Below, piece after piece: positions 52,927-62,352 of a stretch of DNA of 64,000 nt. Position numbers and translations under genes: made by a program. Position 1 is the first letter of the stretch. Each line of letters begins with the position of its first letter. The notes beneath the pieces were generated by a model. The model saw only the letters and a list, made by a program, of their open reading frames with translations, did not search any database and was not told where the DNA came from. Source of the stretch: a virus; the IMG/VR virus record IMGVR_UViG_3300046804_004994, positions 2,929 to 66,928 of that record. One strand, written 5' to 3'.

Positions 52927-53214
52927 TTATTTATGCGTTTTATTGTGCATAAATTGAGCTTTTAACACAGAAACCACTTTATTAGGTATAGATTTAACAG
53001 GTTCTACGATACCATTAGAAATTCCAATAGTAAATTTATCTTTTGGAATTGATCTATTTATTAGTTTTGGAATTGATATGCATTTATATTCTTCAATATC
53101 TTCCTCTACCACTAGTAATAGTTCCCCACAATATGTTCCGGTTACAACTGCATATAACCAATTACGTTTAGGTGATTTTGCACTATTTAAATTGAACAAT
53201 TTAGTTATTGACAT
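52927..53214 (-). CDS. Hypothetical protein
   Basis: Likely start MSITKLF at 53214. Confidence 0.55.
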   Translation of the reverse strand: MSITKLFNLNSAKSPKRNWLYAVVTGTYCGELLLVVEEDIEEYKCISIPKLINRSIPKDKFTIGISNGIVEPVKSIPNKVVSVLKAQFMHNKTHK

Positions 53215-53491
53215 TATTAATAAAAAATTTTGTAAATGCTGATGATAGTGCATCAGCATCAAGTTGCGTTTTTGCGTTTATAATAATTGTTGGCTCACCT
53301 TCAAATGTATACCCAATAACTAGAAATGTTCTTAAAAACTCTTCTATAGTTGCGTTAATAGCATTTGAATCGTCGTGAGTTTTTCTGCAATGTGCTTGCA
53401 AATATTCACCTAAAGCTTCAGTTAAAATATTTTTTATTTGAACATCGCTCTTTTTTTTCGAACGTTTGCTTTGTTTAGGTGACTTATCCAT
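53201..53491 (-). CDS. Hypothetical protein
   Basis: 96-aa ORF, TAAATA upstream. Confidence 0.6.
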   Translation of the reverse strand: MDKSPKQSKRSKKKSDVQIKNILTEALGEYLQAHCRKTHDDSNAINATIEEFLRTFLVIGYTFEGEPTIIINAKTQLDADALSSAFTKFFINNVNN

Positions 53492-53499
53492 GCAATTAT

Positions 53500-53847
53500 T
53501 TAAGATTTTTCTACGTAATATTTATCAGTCGGTAATAACTGTTTGACTCCACGTTCTAGTAGAAGTGTTACAACCACTTCAATTGAATCGGTTTTGAGTG
53601 AGAAGTTCTTAGGAAAAAGAATACCTCCGTCATTTAATTCAAATAAAATTTCTCCATTAATTGTTTTATTTTCATAACATGTAATGAAAATTGATGCTGC
53701 ACCAGGGTCTACTAAGATTGTCCAACTACGTGCATCGCTTTTACTGTAGTTTTGAAAAATTCGAACAACACCAATTTTATTGTCTCTTAATCGTTTAATA
53801 AAGTATCCTGGAGTTGTTAACTTATTATTGCGTTTCTTATATATCAT
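53500..53847 (-). CDS. Hypothetical protein
   Basis: 115-aa ORF coupled to the clamp gene. Confidence 0.6.
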   Translation of the reverse strand: MIYKKRNNKLTTPGYFIKRLRDNKIGVVRIFQNYSKSDARSWTILVDPGAASIFITCYENKTINGEILFELNDGGILFPKNFSLKTDSIEVVVTLLLERGVKQLLPTDKYYVEKS

Positions 53848-54575
53848 TTTAATAATGCGGTTGTTATGTATTGTAATTTATATTTACTATCTAAAATTTC
53901 AAATATTGCCACCCCTCTATCTGAGTTTACTCGAACAGAAATTGAAGAATTTTTTGGTACGTATATCATTCTAAATATGTCGAATGATAATGCAAATGAA
54001 TTAATATCTTCACCGGTAAAATTATCTGCAATTATAGTAGAGTACACATCAATATTTGCACGGGTCTTATCATTCAGTTCCGCAAAGACTTTACTATTCT
54101 TAGTTGATAAGTACACTTTATTACTATCTGTTATGAATAAACTGCTTTTATGCAAAGTATTATATGTTTCATAAGAGATTTGAAATGATGTTTGCCACTC
54201 AAAACTATTTATTTTTTCAAGATTGATAGCAGGTGTTACAATAATCCCAGGCTCAAGCAAATGGTATTTCATTCTTGTATGCTCTGAAACATATTCAATA
54301 TTATTCGGATTTAATATAAATGACACGTTATCATCATTTACGGATTCCAAAATCCGTATAAATCTTTTAAGATCAGGCATATTTAGCTCAACAGGTTTAT
54401 CAGTTCCGGACTGATGTTGCCACTCAGCATATAATACGACATTATTATCAGCGCTTTTATTTAAACTGCTAAATTTATCTGCAGTTATTTGAATAAGTGC
54501 GAGTGTACTTATATTTGAAATAGGAGATAAAAACGCATTAATGAACTCTCCTTTATTCGCGATTGTAATGGTCAT
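53844..54575 (-). CDS. gp45: Sliding clamp (gp45-like)
   Basis: 243 aa, PCNA/gp45-like alternation (VVLYAE, DLKRFIRIL, LQYIT); replication module. Confidence 0.7.
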   Translation of the reverse strand: MTITIANKGEFINAFLSPISNISTLALIQITADKFSSLNKSADNNVVLYAEWQHQSGTDKPVELNMPDLKRFIRILESVNDDNVSFILNPNNIEYVSEHTRMKYHLLEPGIIVTPAINLEKINSFEWQTSFQISYETYNTLHKSSLFITDSNKVYLSTKNSKVFAELNDKTRANIDVYSTIIADNFTGEDINSFALSFDIFRMIYVPKNSSISVRVNSDRGVAIFEILDSKYKLQYITTALLK

Positions 54576-54578
54576 TGA

Positions 54579-55037
54579 TTAATAGATATTATCTACGTTC
54601 CTATTTTTTTCAATTTTTTCTTCTATTTTTATTAAAAGCTTTTTGATTGTATTTACATCATCCAAAATATTATTAAGTTTTGTTTCTAACTTACCGTATA
54701 AATGAGTTTGTTCAAAATCAAATAATAGTTGTTCATCAGATGAATATTTCTGTGCAGGTTCTATTGGAATAATATGTGCTGCTTGAGGCACCGCTTGAGG
54801 CACCGCTTGAGGCACCGCTTGAGGCACCGCTTGAGGCACCGAAGGTACAGTCGGCTCAGACATTTGCCGAGCCGACTGTACCAGCTTTTGTGCAAGATTT
54901 TGAAATCCTGTACTAGATCTATTAAGATTGGCTGAACTTCCTATAATATTTTCATCAAGCTTTTTTAATTGAGAAAATGTACTCCCGATTAGATTCATCA
55001 AATCTTGGGGGTTTGGAAGTGGTTCAAGTTCAGCCAT
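54579..55037 (-). CDS. Hypothetical protein with VPQA repeats and a QLLFDF motif
   Basis: 152 aa between gp32 and the clamp. Confidence 0.6.
   Translation of the reverse strand: MAELEPLPNPQDLMNLIGSTFSQLKKLDENIIGSSANLNRSSTGFQNLAQKLVQSARQMSEPTVPSVPQAVPQAVPQAVPQAVPQAAHIIPIEPAQKYSSDEQLLFDFEQTHLYGKLETKLNNILDDVNTIKKLLIKIEEKIEKNRNVDNIY
54781..54840. repeat. Perfect 12-bp tandem repeat GCTTGAGGCACC x5
   Basis: Directly visible; encodes VPQA. Confidence 0.97.
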
Positions 55038-55043
55038 AATAAC

Positions 55044-55865
55044 TTAGTTAAGATCTTTTAAGAGTTCATCAACATCTGCATCAGATAATGCTTCAACTGA
55101 ATTAGTTTCAGCTTCTGATACCGATCCATGTGCGGACGGTGCTGCAGAAGGCACCGTAGAAGGTCTTGATGTAACATCTCCGTTAAAGTGTGTTGCAAAC
55201 AAATCCTTCAACTCATCATACGACTTAATAGTAATAATCTTTGTGAGATCGTGAACTCCATTATAAATCGCTTCCATCTGCTGTTCATTCAAATGAAGAT
55301 CAATCGGCGAGGTAAATCTACTAGATGTAAATGTTGGAAAGTCTCCCTGCATTTCGACCTTAATCTTCAAATTAACCCCTTGCGGAGACAAGTCGAAGAT
55401 CTTTGGACCAAACTCATCAACATCTTCATTCATAGCAGCGTTAATAATCTTTTCCAATTGTCTACCATAGCGGATGATCTTAATTGTTCCCTTATTTTCT
55501 GGTGTCTTAGAATCTTCTAAGACATAAACGTTGCACATCCACTTTTCTGTGCGACGAATAGACTCAGCCTTCTTTTTCTCTTCTTCAGAACCAGTTCGAA
55601 TGTATCGAAAACGTTCCTCAGAAATAGGATCACGCTCACCAAACGTTGTTGGTGAAATTGCGCTGACATTTTGCCCCGTGGCAAAAGATTTCCAATTATG
55701 TACATAGTATCTAAAAAATGTCTTTTCTAGATCTTTAACATTTGGTAATAAACGAACCACATAGGTGTTACCCGGTTCGAAGCGTAGGATGTCTTTTGAA
55801 GATGATTTTTCTTCATCTTTGTTAAGAGCATCTTTAATTGAATTAAACATATTTGTATTAAACAT
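55044..55865 (-). CDS. gp32: Single-stranded DNA-binding protein (gp32-like)
   Basis: VRLLP, NVYVLEDSKTPENKG, RYGRQL, FDLS..GVNLKIK, acidic tail DELLKDL. Confidence 0.9.
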   Translation of the reverse strand: MFNTNMFNSIKDALNKDEEKSSSKDILRFEPGNTYVVRLLPNVKDLEKTFFRYYVHNWKSFATGQNVSAISPTTFGERDPISEERFRYIRTGSEEEKKKAESIRRTEKWMCNVYVLEDSKTPENKGTIKIIRYGRQLEKIINAAMNEDVDEFGPKIFDLSPQGVNLKIKVEMQGDFPTFTSSRFTSPIDLHLNEQQMEAIYNGVHDLTKIITIKSYDELKDLFATHFNGDVTSRPSTVPSAAPSAHGSVSEAETNSVEALSDADVDELLKDLN

Positions 55866-55891
55866 AACAAAATCAATTTAAGCTAAAACGC

Positions 55892-56563
55892 TTAAAAATC
55901 AAGGCTTTTTTTCAATTTTTTTAAGCCTTCTCTAATAAGTAATTTGCACTTTTTTGATACATAAAACCCGGTGCGCCACTTTTCAATATTGTTGTAAAAG
56001 TCTTCTCCGAACATGAACTTTAACATGGATGAATCAAACGATTTTATAATATTCTCAAGATTATCATCACCAAACATCACATGTGGGACGATTTTATGTG
56101 TCTTTATGTGATAAATGAAAATAGGTAATTGCCCTGTAAACGTCTTTAAATATTCATTGTATGAAAGTGAGTTTTCTGTGCAATACGTCTTTAAAAATAC
56201 CAAAGAATCTTTGATGCGCGTTAACATTTCTATCGAATCTAAGCTGGCTGTTTCAAGCTGTTTTATATATATGGAATATGCTTTTAATGCGCGTTGAGAA
56301 ATATAAAACTCTAAATTAAAGTATTGTTTATCTTGCGTTGAATATACTTTATATGGTGCAATAAAATAATCATTTACTAAAATATTATCATGTTTTGATA
56401 AAATATATCCAATTTTTTTAATTATACCGTATAAAGATCGATCTATGTCTTCAAAATTTTTGCGCAACTGATACGGTAGATTTTGTTGTTGCCTAGATAC
56501 TTTTAGAAAAGTGTTGTATATGTGTTTTTCGAAAGAATTTAATGGTTCTATTACAGTATCCAC
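55892..56563 (-). CDS. Hypothetical protein, possibly gp59-like helicase loader
   Basis: 223 aa, basic and helical, directly upstream of gp32 as gp59 is in T4. Call rests on synteny and size only. Confidence 0.4.
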   Translation of the reverse strand: MDTVIEPLNSFEKHIYNTFLKVSRQQQNLPYQLRKNFEDIDRSLYGIIKKIGYILSKHDNILVNDYFIAPYKVYSTQDKQYFNLEFYISQRALKAYSIYIKQLETASLDSIEMLTRIKDSLVFLKTYCTENSLSYNEYLKTFTGQLPIFIYHIKTHKIVPHVMFGDDNLENIIKSFDSSMLKFMFGEDFYNNIEKWRTGFYVSKKCKLLIREGLKKLKKSLDF

Positions 56564-56568
56564 AAATA

Positions 56569-56847
56569 TTAAAATATGTCAGTTCCTTTTTTTGAATTTA
56601 AAAACTTGGACAAATATTTACTGTTACATAATGTAGGGTCATATTTTATAAAAGTTTCTACAACTTCATAATTTGTTTCAATACATAGCAATTCTTTGAA
56701 TAGTGAACGATATCCTGCATTTTTTAATATGAGTAAGAAAATATTTGGTAAATTTAGCTTTTTATTATTGATAATGCAAATAAAACTGCAAAATCGTAAA
56801 AAATAATATTCTGTTTCTTTTTGAGATATGGTTAAATGATCGCTCAT
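56569..56847 (-). CDS. Hypothetical protein
   Basis: 92-aa ORF in the operon. Confidence 0.55.
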   Translation of the reverse strand: MSDHLTISQKETEYYFLRFCSFICIINNKKLNLPNIFLLILKNAGYRSLFKELLCIETNYEVVETFIKYDPTLCNSKYLSKFLNSKKGTDIF

Positions 56848-57746
56848 ATTGGTATTAATTGTTTACAAAACAACATAAATTTCTCTGTAATCTTACCACC
56901 GCTTGCATATTCATGACCGCCGCCGTCACATAATACATTTGCCATTTTTCCTAAATCTACTGAGATATCATCTTTTTTTCGAAAAGATACTGTCTTTGAT
57001 TTTAAATTAACTATTATCGCAATATCAGCGTTTTTTTCATCTATTAGATATGTTGCTACGTCATTTAATGCGTAATCAGTAAAAGTGCCTATAATATTGC
57101 ACGGCACGTTTTGTATAGTTATATTCTTTTGAAAGAGTTGCAAACTTTGTTTGATCACTTCTAACTTTTTCTTATGTATCTTGTACATCGCATCATGTTG
57201 TGATGTAAATCCTTTGAATCCTTCATGGAATTGATTATAAAATTCAATTATTTTATTCCCAGATAAATTCCAATATACTACATTTAAAATATACGACTGT
57301 GGGTATTTTAACAAATAACAATCATAGTCATCAACGTATGCAATTAATGCTATTTGTTCTTTAGTGAAGCTCTTAACTTCATTTGAATAATGTTTATATA
57401 TTAAACGTGTGCAAGATGAACACGGTTCTACGTATGCTACAGCATTTTTATATTTGCTTTTGTTTTCGACGTGTTGTGGGTGATGATCAAAAACAGTAAT
57501 ATTTGGCAAATCTATCAAATCAATAGCTGGAGAGGTGTCTATGTCTAGAATATAAATTTCTAACTTAGAATTATTTTCATTTAATGCACACCATCGTTTA
57601 AAATCGTCTGCAAATTTTTTAGCAGTGGTTATATGAATATCATATTCCTTGCCAGTTATCCATTTTAAAATTGTATATGAGCCTGCGCCGTCTAAATCTG
57701 CATCAGTCCAAATTACCGGTCTATTCATTGTTGTATTATTTATCAT
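56844..57746 (-). CDS. DHH/DHHA1 phosphoesterase
   Basis: TDADLDG, ILD, FDHH, SFR, GGGHEYASG. Start uncertain (57746 or 57728). Confidence 0.9.
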   Translation of the reverse strand: MINNTTMNRPVIWTDADLDGAGSYTILKWITGKEYDIHITTAKKFADDFKRWCALNENNSKLEIYILDIDTSPAIDLIDLPNITVFDHHPQHVENKSKYKNAVAYVEPCSSCTRLIYKHYSNEVKSFTKEQIALIAYVDDYDCYLLKYPQSYILNVVYWNLSGNKIIEFYNQFHEGFKGFTSQHDAMYKIHKKKLEVIKQSLQLFQKNITIQNVPCNIIGTFTDYALNDVATYLIDEKNADIAIIVNLKSKTVSFRKKDDISVDLGKMANVLCDGGGHEYASGGKITEKFMLFCKQLIPI

Positions 57747-57759
57747 ACTTTTACACTTT

Positions 57760-59088
57760 TCAAGTTTGTGAGAGCATTGCCAATACATCTTGTGTTGTAT
57801 TAGCATCATCTGTTAAATTTGCTAAAGCAGTGGACTCATCGATAGATAAAGTCGAATAATCTATCTTAAATGCATTGTTTCCATGGTTAGGTCCAAACCT
57901 GTTTTTCATTAAACCTAACCGTATTATTCCATGTTCTACATCTTCATCAAGTTGATAGATGCCTGCCATAAAATCTGCAGTAGCAGACATACCATAACTT
58001 TCACCTATACTTTCCATGCTAGGTTCAATTGCTTGATATTGTGATCTATTAAATTGTGTAAGCGTAATAAAAGGACAAGAAAATATATACGATAATGCAC
58101 GTACTTGTTCACAAATATGTTTAATACGCTCGTATGTATTACTACCAAAAGTGGTTGTTAACAAATTGATATAATCTAAACATACTGCATCAATTCTAAT
58201 TCCCGCGTTTTTTATCTTCTTAATAAACGAATTAATATTTCTAGGAGAAATGGTGCTTGGTGGAAATTCTTTAATATAAATCCTGCCCTGTTTAGGATTT
58301 TGACGTAACTCTTTTAAATATTTTTCTAATGTTGTGGTATCGGTTTTAAGTTGTCTAATAGGTATTTTTGACAATGATGAACAAAATCTACGAGCGTACA
58401 TCATTTCTGACATTTCTAATGTAATTAATAATACATTTTTGCCTTGTTTGGCAATGTTTTGAGCTATATTACCCAATACGATACTTTTTCCAATATTAGG
58501 TAGTCCAGCAAATATGTACATTGCTCTACCATTTGTTTGGAAACCACCGTCTAGTTTTTCATCTAACCATTTCCAACCAGAAGAAATAACTGGTTCTGTT
58601 TTTGTTAAATCGTGAATAATTTTATCTGTGTCTTTAAACAACTCAATCCCGTAATTAGTGGTGAGATCAATATTACACGTTTTTTCAAATTTTTGTAATA
58701 TTGCAGATGTATCCACTCTATTTGATGATAAGTCTTCACCAACTTCTAATATAGTTTTGTATACTGCACGCTCTTTTAAATACTGTTCAGTGTTTTTATA
58801 TAATTCATCTTCATTAAACACTTTATCTATATCACCAATTTCAGTTAAAACTGTTTTAAATGCATTTTGATCTTCACGTGTATTTAAAAAGTTTCTAATT
58901 TCAGTAGATGACGGAATCGTATTGCATCTTTCAAAGAAATCTTTAATTACTCTGTATACATGCCGCTTATTATCACATTTAATGTAATCAATATCTGTAT
59001 TATCTATTACAGAAGAAAAATATTGTTCATCAGTGAGACACTTATATATAAATGTCTTTTCAAATTGATCTAAATTAAGCTTTGACAT
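57760..59088 (-). CDS. gp41: Replicative DNA helicase (gp41/DnaB-like)
   Basis: GLPNIGKS, ITLEMSE, IKEFPP, LDYINLL, TQFNR, KNRFG. Confidence 0.95.
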   Translation of the reverse strand: MSKLNLDQFEKTFIYKCLTDEQYFSSVIDNTDIDYIKCDNKRHVYRVIKDFFERCNTIPSSTEIRNFLNTREDQNAFKTVLTEIGDIDKVFNEDELYKNTEQYLKERAVYKTILEVGEDLSSNRVDTSAILQKFEKTCNIDLTTNYGIELFKDTDKIIHDLTKTEPVISSGWKWLDEKLDGGFQTNGRAMYIFAGLPNIGKSIVLGNIAQNIAKQGKNVLLITLEMSEMMYARRFCSSLSKIPIRQLKTDTTTLEKYLKELRQNPKQGRIYIKEFPPSTISPRNINSFIKKIKNAGIRIDAVCLDYINLLTTTFGSNTYERIKHICEQVRALSYIFSCPFITLTQFNRSQYQAIEPSMESIGESYGMSATADFMAGIYQLDEDVEHGIIRLGLMKNRFGPNHGNNAFKIDYSTLSIDESTALANLTDDANTTQDVLAMLSQT

Positions 59089-59770
59089 TATATTCAGCTA
59101 AAAACTTATCATTACTATCTTTCCACGGCTTGTGGTCCACACCTTCAACCAATCCAGGTGAAGAATGAATTACATGGATTGGATACACACCAATTTTAAT
59201 ACCCTTTTTATGTGCATCTATACAACTTGATAAATCGTAATGATGGAATGTATAGTTTTCATTAAATTTCCATTTTGCAGCTAAAACTGTAGGTAAATGC
59301 ACTGCAAGAAAACATCCGTCAGCAATTACCACTCTACTCGGAGTATGTCCAAATGATGTGGTAAAAATTTCACCTTTATTACTTACTGGATGTGCTGCTT
59401 GACCGCGTTGATCTTCTCTATTACACATAATATGCCATAGTGCTGGAAACTGAATACGAGGATTAATACCACCAGCAATTCCAATTATACCATATTTTAA
59501 TTCATCAAATGCTCTGAATAGTTTAAGTTTCAAACTTTGACCAAATTCATCAATGTATAAATCATCGTGTGCAAATACTATGAATTCATATTTATCTTTA
59601 TACATTTCTGCGATAAATTCATTATATCGTGCAGGCAATCCTTGTTTATTATCTGCTAAAATTTCATAGTCTGCATCTATTTCATTCATTTTTATAGATG
59701 TATAAATATCTGTTTTATATATTTCATTAAACGGTCTGGCCGTGCATGATACTATTAATATTTTCTTCAT
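59075..59770 (-). CDS. GT-A fold glycosyltransferase (family 2-like)
   Basis: YN...IVFAHDDL (DxD-like), GIAG, DGCFLAV, FNENYTFHHYDL, HSSPG. Confidence 0.8.
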   Translation of the reverse strand: MKKILIVSCTARPFNEIYKTDIYTSIKMNEIDADYEILADNKQGLPARYNEFIAEMYKDKYEFIVFAHDDLYIDEFGQSLKLKLFRAFDELKYGIIGIAGGINPRIQFPALWHIMCNREDQRGQAAHPVSNKGEIFTTSFGHTPSRVVIADGCFLAVHLPTVLAAKWKFNENYTFHHYDLSSCIDAHKKGIKIGVYPIHVIHSSPGLVEGVDHKPWKDSNDKFLAEYNVKA

Positions 59771-60432
59771 AATGTTAAGAAAGGTGTTGTGTTTTTAAAA
59801 GTTGTTTTTGCAGCAATATTTTTACTACAAATTTGATATATTACACCTTCGTCTAATTCTTTCCAATCTTTAGATGGAATTGAACAAAAATCACCTGTTT
59901 CAGGATTTGCAAATAATGTACTTCCTTGTCGCGCTAAATATATTTTACCTGATTTTGCATTATATATCCAAACAGCAAATGTACCTTCAATTAAATCTAG
60001 AACAGATTGTATAACTGTAATTTCTGATAGATTTTTAAAATTTTCAGTAAAATACCATAACAGTGCGGGAATAACCGCACTATCAACAGGGTTATCATTA
60101 AATGGTGTATATACTTTATTAAGTTTATCAACATTTGTTATTACACCGTTATGCGCAACTACCCAATGTTCATATTGGAATGGATGGCTTGTAGTTTTAT
60201 TATAATTTCTTTGTGAAGATGTAGGTGCTTGATTATGCCCTAAAAAATATCTTGTATTATTAGGTAATTTAACAACGTCCATGTTTTTTGGATGACCTTC
60301 TTGTTTTTGAATAATGATTGTTTTATTAGGCAAAACAGATGCAAAACTACATGCATATTTACCTCTTTCCAAGGATGCATCGTGCAGCACATCAAACATA
60401 TTTCGATTTTTTGAACCATAAATAGAGCACAT
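59767..60432 (-). CDS. Class II (Ntn) glutamine amidotransferase
   Basis: N-terminal MCSIYG nucleophile, RG, LGHNQAPT, HPF, AHNGVITN, VDS. Confidence 0.88.
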   Translation of the reverse strand: MCSIYGSKNRNMFDVLHDASLERGKYACSFASVLPNKTIIIQKQEGHPKNMDVVKLPNNTRYFLGHNQAPTSSQRNYNKTTSHPFQYEHWVVAHNGVITNVDKLNKVYTPFNDNPVDSAVIPALLWYFTENFKNLSEITVIQSVLDLIEGTFAVWIYNAKSGKIYLARQGSTLFANPETGDFCSIPSKDWKELDEGVIYQICSKNIAAKTTFKNTTPFLTL

Positions 60433-60493
60433 AATTAAATTTTAGCGTTAAATCTTTAAAAATCAATAAATAACTTAATAAATAATAATACAT

Positions 60494-61612
60494 ATGAGCA
60501 TCTTAAACCGCCCAGGCTGGACAAACCGACAACTTTTAAATGAAGCTAGAGTAGCTCGACATGCAAGCTCATTAGATTTATCATTAATTCAAAAACAGCT
60601 TGCTGATAAAAAAATCGGTATTCCATATAGAGATGCACGTAGATTTTTATATGACTTCTTACGTGATAACGGTATTGTTGAGGGTGACACACCAATGGCT
60701 GCAAAAGATATTAATGCTATTGTAGGTGAACTTGTCACTAATGGTAAAATTACACCTGAATTAAGTACAAAATGGAGTGAATATGTTGCGGATAGCTCAA
60801 ATCTTCAAAAGTTTATTGGTATGACCCGTTCTATTCGTGGCAGACTTGCAACTGATGCATCTGAAAATGTCCCGCTAACCCCAGAACAAATTGCTGCAAA
60901 AGCTGCTGAACAAAAACAATTACGTAAAGTTGTTAAGACAGGTGATATTGGTGAATCTGATACACTTTCTACTGAAACACAATTTAAATTGCATAAATCA
61001 ATGTTAACCGGTAAACTTAGTAAGTTGCGTCCAGCATTGATAGAATATATTTTAGATAATCTTGCAGATGATGAGTTTGAAGCTGAAGATCTTGCAGATG
61101 ATGCTCTTGAATTTGTCGGTGCTAAACTTAGTAGTGATAATGTTCAAACTCAAGAAGATATTTCAAATACATTGGATAAAGTTGCTGAGTTTGGTAATTC
61201 CGCAGATGCATTTTTAGCTACTGAATTGATGAAAACTTTCCAAGTTGAGGATTCAGAAGAATTGCATGCACATTTATCAAATGAACCAAAGCTTTCAGAA
61301 TGCTGTGATGCGCGACCAGTAATGGAATTAGATGAAGATGATTTTGGTCGTTGCAGCAAATGTAAAGAAATTGCACATTTTAGTGTAATTGAAGATGATA
61401 AAAATCTTTTAGATAAAGTATCATCAAAATTTACTGGTCCGGAAGTGCGTAGAGATTCAAGAGAAGAATATTCAATGCCTCCAAGTTTGGAAAGTGTGAA
61501 ATTGTCCTCTACTAAACAAAATCAATTATTGAAAGAGAATTATATCAATAATTTAAAACATAAAGCAAAAACTGAAAACCGTTATTTTGGTCACGGTTTT
61601 TACGGATTATAA
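60494..61612 (+). CDS. Hypothetical late protein (acidic, with a small Zn motif), possibly virion-internal
   Basis: TAAATA upstream; LLNE processing-like site; CC...CSKC. Confidence 0.6.
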   Translation: MSILNRPGWTNRQLLNEARVARHASSLDLSLIQKQLADKKIGIPYRDARRFLYDFLRDNGIVEGDTPMAAKDINAIVGELVTNGKITPELSTKWSEYVADSSNLQKFIGMTRSIRGRLATDASENVPLTPEQIAAKAAEQKQLRKVVKTGDIGESDTLSTETQFKLHKSMLTGKLSKLRPALIEYILDNLADDEFEAEDLADDALEFVGAKLSSDNVQTQEDISNTLDKVAEFGNSADAFLATELMKTFQVEDSEELHAHLSNEPKLSECCDARPVMELDEDDFGRCSKCKEIAHFSVIEDDKNLLDKVSSKFTGPEVRRDSREEYSMPPSLESVKLSSTKQNQLLKENYINNLKHKAKTENRYFGHGFYGL

Positions 61613-62343
61613 TTTATAACTTTACAACCTTTTTGATCGTAAAGCTCATTTAGTCTTTCTTGTTGCTTGTACTGGATAGGATCACGGTAGCCTGCTTCAA
61701 TAAAGCCTTGAAGTCTCAAGCTTGAACTTGCTGACTCTGCATCTGCTAAGTCTTTACCATCATAACACGTCCATGTATTTTGGAAATCTACACCAAGTTC
61801 AATACCTTTTAATACAATATCCTTTTTCGACATCGTGATAAGTGGAGCCTCAACTGTAATTCTATTCTCACGATTTAACGAAAGAATACTATTCATTTTT
61901 TCAATAAACGGGGTGTCTCCGTCCCAATAACCTGCTAAACTATCTGCTTGTGCTGCACCATGCCATATAGTAGTAGCTCCGATAGCTTCTGCTCGAGCTG
62001 CTAAAATACTTAGAAAGATCATGTTTCTATTCGGTACATAAGTCTTTGGCTGGGCTTCACCTCTTATGTCTTTTACGCTTGGTGTATCAATATTATTATT
62101 AGTTAATGAACTTGTCGGTGCAATATGACGAATAAATCCTACATCAATAACGGAATGGTGTAAACTTTTTACCTTTTTGCTCACGCTTTCACATTGTTTG
62201 ACTGCACATTCAAGTTCTTTAATATGACGTTGACCGTAATTAAATGTAATTGCTTGAATTTCATCAAATTTGGTGGCTGCCCAATGCAATAACACGCTGG
62301 AGTCAGCACCGCCTGAAACGCCTAACACGATTTTATTATTCAT
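61600..62343 (-). CDS. queC: 7-cyano-7-deazaguanine synthase-like PP-loop ATPase (QueC variant)
   Basis: SGGADS, FNYGQRH, SSLT, TYVPNRNMIFLS, APL, TWTCY. The C-terminal CxxCxxC is missing. Confidence 0.85.
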   Translation of the reverse strand: MNNKIVLGVSGGADSSVLLHWAATKFDEIQAITFNYGQRHIKELECAVKQCESVSKKVKSLHHSVIDVGFIRHIAPTSSLTNNNIDTPSVKDIRGEAQPKTYVPNRNMIFLSILAARAEAIGATTIWHGAAQADSLAGYWDGDTPFIEKMNSILSLNRENRITVEAPLITMSKKDIVLKGIELGVDFQNTWTCYDGKDLADAESASSSLRLQGFIEAGYRDPIQYKQQERLNELYDQKGCKVINYNP

Positions 62344-62352
62344 TTAATGATT

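Noticed and set aside
61600-62343. QatABCD or type IV CBASS defence operon
   Set aside because: No adjacent QatA ATPase, TatD, TGT or cyclase/effector genes; the context is the phage replisome.
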